From Podarcis cretensis (taxonomy: Eukaryota), in assembly GCA_951804945.1 (NCBI GenBank), contig OX638155.1, positions 33,294,001-33,358,000 on the forward strand: a DNA stretch of 64,000 nucleotides, given 5' to 3'. Made by a program: the position numbers and the translations under genes. The notes beneath the pieces were generated by a model. It was given only the letters and a program-made list of their open reading frames with translations. It did no database searches and had not been told where the DNA came from. Every line of letters begins with the position of its first letter. The stretch's first letter is position 1. This document shows, piece after piece, positions 36,607 through 48,731 of the stretch.

Positions 36607-37710
36607 GTAAGCTTTTTTTTTTGTTTTCTTTTGTTTTCTAAAACTTCAGTCTGGTTTGATCTATCAAATTTATATCAGTGTGTATAAAGTAGTATTTGCT
36701 AAGAAATCCCATCAGCCTCAGCACACATGGCCAGTGGTTAGAGATAATGAAATTTGTGATCTAGCAACATCAGGGTTGGGAAGGCTGTGCTAAACATAGC
36801 AAAATCACACAAAAAAGACAGCCCATAGTACTGCAAGATGATCAGCACCAGGCAAACTTACGGGAATTGCTCCATATAAGCAACAAGTGTAACATGTCTG
36901 TAACCAGTGGTTTTTATTGAAGGAATCTGAAACTGTTCAGCCTTTTTTATACCAGTAAGGCATGTTGTCACATTGTTAATTGTTATATTGTGAACTGCCC
37001 TGTGATCCTTGGATGAAGGGTGGTATAGAAATTTCAATCAATCAATCAAATTTAATAAATAAACAATTCAATAGAAGTTGCATAAGGAAGTTAAAATTCA
37101 AATCTCATTATGCTGTTGACTGTAGGCTCTCTTAACACTTTGTTGTCTGGTTCTAAGCTGCCTAGTTACTGAGTGGCAACAGCTTAACCAAGTCAAGGGC
37201 ATCTGGAAGGGCTGTTAAACCTCTGTCTTCCCAGCTCCACTGTAGTTTCAGCAAAGGCCAAAGATAGGATTTTGTGGGGAAACAAAACTTCACTCTCTTG
37301 TAGTTTTCTAGCTGAAATGAAAACTGGAATGGTAACATGTACTGAAGTGCTGTGCATTACCGTATCATTCTACTGTCAATCTCCCCATGCGTCTGCTAGA
37401 TAAACATATCCAGAATTTACCTGAATTCATTAGCTGTGGCAGCTGGTCCCGCTGGACCTGGTAGGACTATTAGGAGGTCTTGGGGGGCATTCTAGTTCTC
37501 TCCCCATCCTCCTGTCTTGGAAAAATACTGTGGACACTTAAGAAGTGCAGTCTTACAGATCTGTAGTCATATTTCCTGGTAGTAAGCTGCGTTGAACATA
37601 ATGGGGCTCCTGAGTCAGCGTGTATATGATTGTGTTGTAGATTTATTAGTAAAGCAAATGCATCAGGTGATGTTCTTAGATACTTGGGTTGTTTAATTTC
37701 CAGTAAGGCC

Positions 37711-37854
37711 GTAGATAGCTCTGTTGGTTAGAGCCTGGTTCTGATAACGTCAAGGCTGCAGGTTCAAGCCCCATAAGGGACAACTGCATATTCCTGCATT
37801 TCAGGGGGTTGGACTAGATGATCCTCAGGGTTCCTTCCGGCTCTGTGATTCTAT
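37711..37854 (+). mobile_element. tRNA-derived SINE with CR1-type tail (same family as 15230-15372)
   Basis: gatagctctgttggttagagc A box, caggttcaagccc B box, and tail gggggttggactagatgatcctc...gattcta. Confidence 0.8.
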
Positions 37855-40069
37855 ATCTATGTCTGGTTTGTTTTAAGTAGCCAGAGGCCCAGGAGAAAAA
37901 GGTTCAATTATTGATCTCAATCACATGCTCTTTTCTGTGTGGGCTTTGCTACTCGCTTCACCAGAAAAGAAAACTACAAAGTTTTGATTTTCATTCCCAT
38001 AGAGCTTTTCCTACTAAGAACTTCCTGATGACAATGTAAGGTTTGGTATATCTAACCCTTTATCCTCTTGCTTTGAAATACTGCCGTCTTATTCTTTACC
38101 ATTGTTTAAAGTTTGTTTTGGGTTTCTTTTTTGACATACAGCAACGTTGGGCTCTTTTTGCTTTGACTTTTTTTCCTTTTTCTTAACTGGCGTAGCATTA
38201 AACAATTTATATATCATGGCATTGTTTCACTGTCTTTTGTTGAAGTCCCTTAAGACTTTAAGTGACATGTTGTTCGGCATAATGGAAGGAAGGTCAACAA
38301 AGAGGGAGCCTGTTTGTACTTGGCAGTGCAAGTATTTGCTTTTGATTAAATCCAAAATATTTTTTTACTGTAGTGTTTGCCGAAGATCATTTAGTCCCTT
38401 ATTTAATAAATGTCGTTCTGCTTTCATTATACACTCAAGACCTGAGTGACACACTTGATAGCCACTTGATAACTGGATGACCACTGCTCTGCCCAGCAAG
38501 TAATTTATTTATTAATTGATTCTATTATTGTAATATTCTCTGAAGTTATTTGTGCAGAAGGCTAAAAAATGTACTCACTAAACAACCCTACTTATGTGAG
38601 GTCTTGGTTTAAGATAACTTGGGTAGCTTATTTTATTCTATTATCTCTTCCAACCCCTTTCTTATCCTTTTGGCCCCAAAAGTTCTGATATACCAGATTG
38701 AACAGGAATGCCTTCTCAAGATGGTTAACTTAAAATTTGCTTTGTTGCTCCCTTTTGTATATTAGAAATGTTCAGGACTTGGCTGCTGACTCTGCTAATG
38801 TAGAAACACTTAATGCCAAGATAAATATTTTGATACCAGTCTGTTGGTTTCTTAAAGCTCCACAGGACAGCATGAAGAATTAGGGTTTGTTCTTTTTCAT
38901 TATCCCATGTAATGCTTCCTAATGGCTCTTCAGGAAAAACAAATGTATTTGTAGACTTCGGACTATTATTAATTTAGGTAGCCATGAATACTACTGTGCA
39001 ACACAAAAACAAGCATATAAAGCTATATTTTTAACAGAGGTTATACTGTAAACCAATACGGCCACCTTAGATTGTGACATTAAATAAATTCTATTAACTA
39101 TGAGCATAGTCCAGGATCTGCTCCTGTGTAATTATTGATGGCATGGAGAAGATCTCCACAAGACTCGGCAAATGATAACAGCCACAGGCAAGCTTGTTCA
39201 TAATGGCAGTTTTGTGTGTAGTACTCTTTAGTGGCTTTGTGGTGTGAAAACACATGAGAAATATTAGCTTTCCTAGGGTTGCTCAAATGCTAGTGTGTTT
39301 TAAAACACCAGATGCAAGAGTATGTTGGAAAGGTAGAGTGGAATTCACCTTTTGCCACCATACTTTCAAATGGTACTTATTTTATAGCTGAAAACCCTCT
39401 AAATAAATAATTGAAATATGTTCTGGCAACCTTGGAGTGCCGTCTTAGAGCAAGTGACTGTTCTAAACAGTATTTGTCCATAGGAAAGTTTGCCTGTTTT
39501 GTGATTTCAGCAAGGATTATCCCTGGTATTATTCATTTATAACCCTTCAGACTAAAGTGTTCTATGGGAAATTGAAAGCAGGTACAGGTGCATTGCATGA
39601 AGTGTATTATTTAGGAAACTGTGATTTTAATCCCCATCCCACGATTCTTAAGGCTTTTACGTGATTTGCCTTTATTTTTATTCCAACAGTTGGATTATTA
39701 ATTGGGTTATTAGCACTGCAAGAGCAGTAAGGCCAAAACTGACTCTGACTTGAATTGAACACCCTCCTCTCTGTTGGATCTGGTTTGCAATTGGTTACAG
39801 TTATGCCCAGACACTAGTACTGCTATGTTAGCCTTACCTTTTAAATGCAGTAGCTCTGCCTCTTGAGAAATTTCATCTGTTTGATAGGCTAAATGAGAAC
39901 CATTGCCTTTCAGAAGTGACCACCATAATCCATTCTGCTGCCAGAGAATAGCTCCGATTCTAATGCCTCTGCAAAATCTTGATGAAGTTGATGGTACTAT
40001 TATGATTTAATGATGCTAGTGTGGCATAACTGGTAAAATGTTGCACAAGAACTGTGGAGATTTCTCATT

Positions 40070-40367
40070 ATAGAGGAGGGAGAAAGGTTGTTTTCTGCTG
40101 CTCCAGAGAAGTGGACACGGAGCAATGGATCCAAACTACAAGAAAGAAGATTCCACCTAAACATTAGGAAGAACTTCCTGACAGTAAGAGCTGTTCGACA
40201 GTGGAATTTGCTGCCAAGGAGTGTGGTGGAGTCTCCTTCTTTGGAGGTCTTTAAGCAGAGGCTTGACAACCATATGTCAGGAGTGCTCTGATGGTGTTTC
40301 CTGCTTGGCAGGGGGTTGGACTCGATGGCCCTTGTGGTCTCTTCCAACTCTCTATGATTCTATGATT
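40070..40367 (+). mobile_element. Young CR1 LINE, heavily 5'-truncated (about 300 bp)
   Basis: Encodes [14 protein letters not shown]...WNLLP...FKQRLD; (ATTCTATG)-type tail; I count 5 substitutions and one 2-nt indel versus 50010-50315. Confidence 0.93.
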
Positions 40368-41619
40368 ATGTGAACCTTGTGTCATTCACCATTTCTCAAC
40401 CTGGGATGAGGATTCTGTGTTTCCCTGAGCTGCATTGGAAGAGAAAATACATCGTTTTGTATTGAAAATATTCCATTATTGTAAGTGGCCTTTTATTGAG
40501 ATGGAACAAGGAAATGTGGCAGTATGACGGGACAATGAAGGAAAGCTAGGGAGAGGCATGGGTAACAAAAAGATAGAGGAGGAAGAGGAAACAGGGGATG
40601 AAGTAGATCAAATCTACTCTGGCACTCTTTATAGATTACAGCAGAAGCATGAGAGCTGTTGCTTCATCGGCTGTGACATTTATAGGTTTAACATTCTCTG
40701 GGTGGGGGTACAGGTGAGAAGGCCACATTCAGGTGAGGACGACTGATATGAGAGGCCTTGCCTATATGGTGCCACGTCTTTTTAGATATTACATCAGTAC
40801 ATGTGAAACTGAATTCCCTGCCACAAAAAGCAATCTGTAAAGGCCCATTATACTTAAGGTTCATTTTGGTTGAGTGTTGCGTTCTAAGAAATTGAGCCAA
40901 AAATCTTCATGGAAAGTTTGATTTTGATGAGAGATCTGGAGAATATGTGTACGTAAATTATGTAATTAAGGTTAGGGGTTGTTGTTTTCTTGACAATGGC
41001 GACAGTGTTTCACCACTTTGTTTATATTAACCTGTGTTTCAAATGGCAAGAACTTTAAGATACATTGCTACGTAAGTATGTTTGATGAGTAAAAGGGGGG
41101 AAATTACTTGATGCTATGTAACATTGACCACCTTCAAAATCACATTTTTTAAAAAAGTATTACTCACCAGCTAAACTTTATAAAACCTTCCCAGAAGCAC
41201 AGCTCAGAGGCTGAACATTGCTTCTGGATTTTGTGTAATATTTCTGTTTGTGTTGTGGTAAATGTCTGTATATAGGATGGTTTCCATGGATTTACAGTAT
41301 GGTAGACAACAGAGAAATGTTTCGTAAGCGAGTGGCTTGTTTGTTAAATGATATTTCTGCTTGCTTTTCATAGTCTGAAGGCAAGTCTTAGGCACAGGGT
41401 TGAGAAGGCACCTTAGTTTGTGGCTGAAACCTTTTTTAGACAGATTAATGTTGGCTTGCTTTCAGTATGCTCCCTTCTCAGCAGGCTTTATTGTGGAGAG
41501 CTGGAAATTCTTCTTTTCCCTTGAAAAATAACAGCATGTTTTCGTGTGGGTTTGATTTCACCCCATGAGTACTTGAGTTTTATCTAAGTTACCAGGCAGC
41601 ATGGGATGGAAAGGGGAAT

Positions 41620-41810
41620 GGTAATAACCAGCACCATGAATTGCACCCAGAAATGGACTGGGAGCCAGTGCAGCTCATACAGTAATGGAGACACATGATC
41701 CCAACACTTTGGCTCAGTCAGGTTTTTCGCAGCACCAATTGAAGTTTCCAAATGGTTTTCCAGGGCAGTTCCACACAACTGGGCTATTGTATGTTACAGT
41801 AGTCCAGTTG
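41620..41810 (-). mobile_element. Old L2 ORF2 C-terminal fragment
   Basis: Minus-strand translation DHVSPLLYELHWLPVHFWVQFMVLV carries the L2 HWLP motif. Confidence 0.7.
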
Positions 41811-42259
41811 AACTGCAACTACTGCATATATAGAATCACAGAATTGTAGAGTTGGAAGGGATCCCATGGGCCATCTAGTTCAACCCACTGCAATGCAGGA
41901 CCATGGCCAGGCCTTCCTGCATCAGGAGCTGCTTTATAACACCTGTTAAGTCCCAAGATGCTGTTTGAGTCAAAGATCACTCCCATTGACTTAAATACAG
42001 TTGGCATTCATCATTTGTATCTGGACTCTTATTTATTGAAAGCGTTTATTAGCTGCTTTCCAGCCATGAGTCTCAGACCAATTTACAAAATAAAACAAAA
42101 ATACAATGTAATCAGGCAGGTTTCCCCCCCAAAAAGCAGCAGATGGATTAAACTCCAGCATTAAAACCCACAGTCATTAAAAGGCCCGAGAAAATAAATA
42201 AGTTTTCACCAGGCATACACTTGGGAAACCCAGCCAGATGGACAAGGTAGAAATAACAA

Positions 42260-42302
<43 letters not shown>
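42260..42302. repeat. (TAT)n microsatellite, tail of a short L2 3' remnant
   Basis: About 14 TAT units following gggaaacccagccagatggacaagg. Confidence 0.9.
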
Positions 42303-42303
<1 letters not shown>

Positions 42304-42366
42304 AATAAAGATGATGCCAGGCAAGTAAGGTCAAGTCAGTATGGAGGCAAAAAACAAATCTCTTTT

Positions 42367-42618
42367 CAGGGGTGGGAGACTTCAGGCCTGTTGGCCAAAT
42401 GTGGCCATCCATACTTCATTATTTGGCCTTTGTGATTGTCCATAGGCTGCACCTTCTCCTCAGCCGCAATCCCTGCAGGCCTTTCTTCAGTTCTTTCCTC
42501 AGTGTGTTTGCCTAGCTGACCTGGATAGAGGACAGAAGTGGATACGAGTCGGAACTCCACCAACTTTTTCTGTCATCCCTGAAGGTTGCCCACAGCCGAA
42601 AAAGGTCCCCCACCTCTG
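42367..42618. mobile_element. Degenerate hAT-type MITE
   Basis: Termini caggggtgggagactt / aaggtcccccacctctg; no TSD recognisable. Confidence 0.55.
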
Positions 42619-43155
42619 TATTAGTGTTGGGAGAAGGCAGTCCTTCAGGTTTTGGTGGGATTTTAAAAACCCCACTTTGAATTGTGCTCAGAAATTGACC
42701 AGCTGCTACTCAGCTGTCCCAAGACCAGCATAATATGTTCCATACAACCAGTCATAGTTAACATTCTTGCTGCTGCGTTTTGCATTATCTGCAGTTTCTA
42801 AACAGACTGTTCCATGCACAGCATATATGGTATAAACACAATGTTAGCTGTGCATGGATAACAGTGGGTACAGCGTGGCATTCAAAAATGTAAGCTGTGG
42901 CTCAAAGCGCTGTAGCTTCTGTGGTCTCTGATTAGCTATGATTTCAGCTGGCTCAATAGAACCTTGGATTCTAGACCAATTTGTAACATGTAATTTGAAT
43001 GAGAAAGGATAATTGCATATTTTTAGGTGACAGATATGATTGCAAGTACAGAAATGTTTTTATGAGGATACTATACAGGCATCCCCCAATCCCTTACAGT
43101 CTAGCCTTTGCCTAACTGGACATGCTACTTTTATGTTTAATTCTTATTAATTCTT

Positions 43156-43544
43156 ATTGGCTCCCAGTACGTTTCCGAGCACAATTCAAAGTGTTGGTGC
43201 TGACCTTTAAAGCCCTAAACGGCCTCGGTCCAGTATATCTGAAGGAGCATCTCCTCCCCCATCGTTCTGCCCGGACACTGAGGTCCAGCTCCAAGGGCCT
43301 TCTGGCGGTTCCCTCACTGCGAGAGGCCAAGTTACAGGGAACCAGGCAAAGGGCCTTCTCGGTAGTGACGCCCTCCCATCAGATGTCAAAGCGATAAACA
43401 TCTATCTGACATTCAGAAGACATCTGAAGGCAGCCCTGTTCAGGGAAGTTTTTAATATGTGACATTTTAGTGTATCTTTCATCTTTGTTGGAAGCCGCCC
43501 AGAGTGGCTGGGGAAACCCAGCCGGATGGGCAGGGTACAAATAA

Positions 43545-43582
<38 letters not shown>
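43156..43582 (+). mobile_element. L2 LINE 3' fragment with (TAT)n tail
   Basis: Translates WLPVRFRAQFKVLVLTFKALNGLGPVYLKE...LRSS...RAFSV (L2 ORF2 C-terminus), followed by the 3' UTR and a microsatellite tail. Confidence 0.88.
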
Positions 43583-44111
43583 GTATCTAATCATAGAAGA
43601 GTTCAAGACCGATAAGAAAATTAACTTTGTTGCCACACACACAAAAGCACACATCCTGTGATGTTAAAAGTAGCTTGGAGAAGCAGGGACACTAAGACAC
43701 AGCTCTGGTATGTGTTGTTTCTTTGAAGAATACCCATGGCACTAGGAGATGATCAGCTCTTCTCTCCTGTGATAGAAAGCAATTGCCCTGTCTCTCACTG
43801 CCTCTGGTGTTCTGGTGGAGCAGTGTCAAAGCACCTGTACACACTGGGTATGCTAATTTGGCACAGCTGATTTGCATAATTGGTACAACTGATCTTTTGT
43901 AGTCATTGCCAGTATTTGAGGACCTGGAACTTGTCAACCCTAGAGGCAGTAATAATGTATGGCTTAACTTCCACATAATATTGGGCATTTCTACTTTTTT
44001 TGCACCGATTGTAAAGCTATTTCATATTCAAAAAAGTGTAGAAATGGATAGTGATGGATGTTGCAGGATAATCAGGATTTAAATCCAGCCAGATGGATGC
44101 GGTATAAGTAA

Positions 44112-44142
<31 letters not shown>

Positions 44143-45905
44143 GTGTCAATAGTACTGTTGGTTAAGGGAATATCTACCTGTAACTGTTTTAAGGGGAGAG
44201 TTAAATTTGTAAAATTGATTAGATATAAAATCTGCATGAAAGATAAATTTCACAATCAGATTATAAAAATAAAAATGTAAAGTGATGTGTGTTGAATGTG
44301 GCATAAACATAAAATCTGTTTCGTGTGCCCTTTAGAGAGTTTTTACGTTTATGCATTTATTTGGCAAACACTGATATACGTATCAATGAAGCTTGATTGC
44401 TGAACGTTTATGCTTCTTTTTATGGCATACACTTGTGTTAAAATAAGTGTAGATATTTATTTTCAATATGTCTTGTATAAACCAGATCTTTACAAGATTA
44501 TGATCCATATCACATTCGTGGGGTGCTCCAGCATTGCCAAAAGAGGGATTTAGTTCGTATAAAAGTACAAGTTGTGCTGCTTTTAATTTAAGTTGTATTT
44601 GTAATCTGTTTTTGCTTTACTTTCATTTGCAGACCAAGTGCCCCAAAGGAGAAAAAAATAAATAAACCCACTCTTGTTTCTGGTTTATTTGCAAACCGGG
44701 TCAGACGCCTTTGATTAGGTCTCAGCTGGAGCATAATTTGAATCTTGACAGATTGAACCTAAGCAGCAGGCTTTCTCCAGCTCAGCCAAAGCTGGGAGGG
44801 GGGAGGGGGGCAGAATAAAAGCTAATTCCAGTTCACAAGCAGAACAACAGTGCTGAATAAATGTGCAACTGTTAATGAATAGCTATTTCAAATATTTACA
44901 AAAGACTGAGTAAAAAGAGATTGGCATCCCAGGCAGCTGTTCTAGGAAGGAACTATTAAAAATAACGATCAAAAATAATGCTCAAATGCTATTATATCCA
45001 TCAAATATCACATGAACTGGGATGCGGGTGGGAAGATAGCTTCAGAGACTGTAGACTGGATCTCATGTAGCCATTTTACACCATTCTATAGATAGCTGTA
45101 TTTAGCTTCTCTTCCCCAATGTTAAGGTTTAGCAGATCACCAGGGCCAATAGGAATAGGAACAGACACCTCAAACATGTGTGCGTAGGATCTTGAACTTT
45201 TTGACATTCACCTACCCTTATTCTAATTCAAGCCACAAATCTGTTTTCACTGGATTAACTAGTGGAGGGAGGTGGAAATGCATACTTTCTAAAATATTTG
45301 GGTTGCATCCAGTGGTATCGCACAGCTGACTGTAGGGTGCTGCTCAACATAATGGGGAGAGAAGCAATTTCGGAGGAGGAGCAATACTAATGGGGAGAGA
45401 AGCAATACTACTACTAAACTGGTGGGTATTTTTCTGAACCAAAATCTAGCAGTATGAATCTATCAGACAAGTCTCTGCAAGTGCACCCATAGCTTTATTG
45501 TTTTGCTTGCATCATGGCAGTCCCTGTGGCTTTTAGCACTAAACCACAGCTTGCTGAGGCCTGTAAGGGAGTTGCATCCTCAAAAGTGGATGTGGCAGAG
45601 ATTCCTCAGCTAACTGGCTCCTATATTGCACTTTTTGGTGTTTTGGTCAATGTGAATGTGGAGATGATTCTAGCAGCAATAAAACATGGCGGTGCAAAAA
45701 GTCACTTAACCTGCTTCCAGATAAGAGATGCAAAACAGATCAGGCAGACTTACACTATTTTTAAATTGGAATTTCAGATTGCCCTTCATTCCACAGAACC
45801 TAAAGGTTCTCAAGGTACAACAAATGCAACATAGAGGAAACAAAATCTTAACCAGCTACAAACACATTCAGATACTCGAAATAACTAAAGACCAACAAGA
45901 AAATC

Positions 45906-46056
45906 TCGACAGAGGACGAGATGGTTGGACAGTGTTCTCGAAGCCACAAACATGAGTCTGACCAAACTGCAGGAGGCAGTGGAAGATAGTGCCTGGCGTG
46001 CTCTGGTCCATGGGGTCATGAAGAGTCGGACACGACTAAACGACTAAACAACAACA
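45906..46056 (+). mobile_element. BovB (RTE clade) LINE 3' fragment
   Basis: gacagaggacgagatggttgg...gcctggcgtgct...gtccatggggtc...aagagtcggacacgact plus (CAA)n tail; 12-bp TSD aacaagaaaatc (45894-45905 and 46057-46068). Confidence 0.9.
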
Positions 46057-48731
46057 AACAAGAAAATCCATCTATGTTGAAGTTGGCTTCCAAGTTAGCA
46101 TTTGGAATAGCGTTCTATTAAGCTAATCCATGTGAATTATACATCTATCTTAGTGGTCGTGCTAAAGCTATGTAGTTTTTTGGGATTATAATCTGGGCAC
46201 TTAGATTTTTCAAAACAGAGGGAGTAATAGGGAATGAAATCTGGAAATCTGTTTTCGTATTTTATATAAAACACATAGTAAGGATAAGATAAAATTATAT
46301 TAGGACTTTAATGACCAAGGGCAGTATGCAACTAACTTTGTTCCATCACAGCAAGGATTGTACTTAAGCAATGTAATTTCCCTGCTTCTCCTTGTGTGCC
46401 CCCTAAATCTGTTCTCTGGGTTTCTGGATGGAGAGAAAGTTGTAATGTACAAATGGAAATCCTTGCACTGACAGGATGTGAGTTGGCTACCCCCACAAGA
46501 GTACAAATCCTCACACACACACACACAATGTTGATGGCTTGAGGAAGTAAGGATGTTGCATCTGTGTGTTCTCTGCAGGCAGAGGGGAGCATTGCTTAGG
46601 TTTTCCTGCCATGGTGGCAGCTCTAGCTCCACCCAGGTACATAGAAGGTTCTTGTACCTGAAGGTTCTTGTAGCAGCAGAAGAAGAAAAGCCACCAAACA
46701 GGGAAATTAAGAGGCAAGACCGGATCCCCAACCCCATTGAATTTCCTATGATATTTAGTCATGTGAAATTCTCTGAGTATTATTGGGGAGTGACAAATTC
46801 AGGCCTGGTGTTGAGCAATGTTGTATTAGTGTTAGAGAGTTCTTATTTGGGGGAGTTGAATAAGGATGAATAAAATGTGTGTGTTCTACAAACAGAGTTT
46901 GCCTTGCAAAATACTCTGTGGAAGTGATGCAGTTGGAGAAAATGTTCAAAATTTTGCAACATGTCGAAAAACAAAAACAAAAGTGTGGCAATAATTGGAC
47001 AGGGGAGGCAACAAAGGTTTTAAGAGGAGGCTCTGTATCTCAGCTGGTGATTGCACATTTATAACTATTGGGACACTATTGTCTGAGAACAATCTCAGTG
47101 CATGCAGAACTTAATGACAGTATTCTTTTGCATGATAATGAACTAGGTTTAGCAAGAAAAAGAGGGAAGCCCACTCCCACCCCTGAGCACTCTTCTGGCA
47201 GAAAACATTTTTGCTGTAACCTTGAATTTTCTTGCTTTTCTTGGATTTGGGTTACATCCTTAAATACATTTCAATTTTTACCCTTTAATTTCTTTTAATC
47301 TACATGTTGGGTTTAGTTGTAGCTCCTTCCAAATAGTTTGTTTTATGCCTCCAGCTGCTTCCAAGCAGCCATTGTGCTGAATAAGCACTTATTTCAGTAT
47401 GTCCTTGATAAAATTAATGAAAGCATCTGCAGAAGTGGCAGCAGCAGCTGCAGTGCCTTATGGAAGCCAACTTCTGCTTAACATTGTAATAAAAGGAATA
47501 GTTTTGTGCTGGAAGCGAATGTTGACTTACTTCTAGAAAAAAGGGGGATCGCACCTGCCACTGCTAGTCTGGCTATGTGGTTTGTTGATTATATACTCTT
47601 GTTAGGCCCATTGTCATTGGCAAAAAGAGGATGATGTCACCTTTATTAAGCTCACTTGGCACCTTTTCGAGTGACAAATAATTTGCCTGCTGTTGTCGTT
47701 TTTCTTCTTCTCTAGCATGTGCCTTGTTTTAGAAGCAGAGAGCGTGTCATGTTGTCACAGTTAAATGCTGGAGAAATGTAGAGGTGCATGGAAATAAGAA
47801 GGAGTGATGCTTCTAATCACTGTGCATAGTAATGGAGTATAAGTGCACATTTAGGATCATTATCCTGTTACCAGGTGGGGCCCTTGAGCTTTCACGTGTA
47901 TAGAAACTGCTCAAGGTTGCATAGATGAAGTAAGAGGTACTGCAATACCATCTGCTATTTTCTCATTAATTCCTGTTTCCTAGGCCTAATCCAAATTGTC
48001 TTAGAATAGCACTTCAGTGCTTAATCGAGGCTGTGAGAACAGCTAGGCCTGCCAGATCTAGATCCAGAGGGGTTTTCCTGTACCTTTAAGGGTTGCATAA
48101 AAATGAGAATTTCACTATGTAGGTTATTCCCCAGCATTGTCGAAAAACTGCAACTGGTAGAAATTTCCTTTCTGTTTAACTTTTAAAGGCACAGCCCTGA
48201 AACACTGGATCAAACAACTCTTGTAAATGCTTTATTCAAGATAATGTGCTGCACATTTGCCTTTGTAGAGACACTTCCTGCCAAAAATGTTGTTTCTTTC
48301 AACAGCTGCAGTCTTAACACTTCTAAAAGTCTCAGGTTTATGTCTGGGTCAACTACAACATTTTCAACAGATTTTTTAAAGCATATTGTTGTAACCATAG
48401 CACGGGTTGCAAATGGTTTTAAAAATAATTTACTGGTAAGCATTGCTTACCAGGAAGGAAAGGCAGCAGGGGAGTTGTTGTGGAGCAAACATACTGACAG
48501 GAGCACTGGACTGACCTCTGCACCACCTGTTACCTCCTCTTCCTGCCAGGAAGCAGCTCTGTCCCAACCAGCAAGCCACTTCTGGTTTGAATCTAGAGGT
48601 AAAATGTGAAGTGATAGAAATACCAAAGAAGACTGAAAAATGGCTTGTAACTGAAACCAGGACATACAAGGCCATTTTGAAGCTGTTTTGGGATCTCCTC
48701 TTGGGCTTGTATAAATTTAACGTTATCTCTA

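Noticed and set aside
37711-37790. tRNA gene (also 15300-15372, 27620-27704, 28000-28070)
   Set aside because: The A/B boxes are SINE heads fused to LINE-derived tails; there is no intact cloverleaf or terminator.
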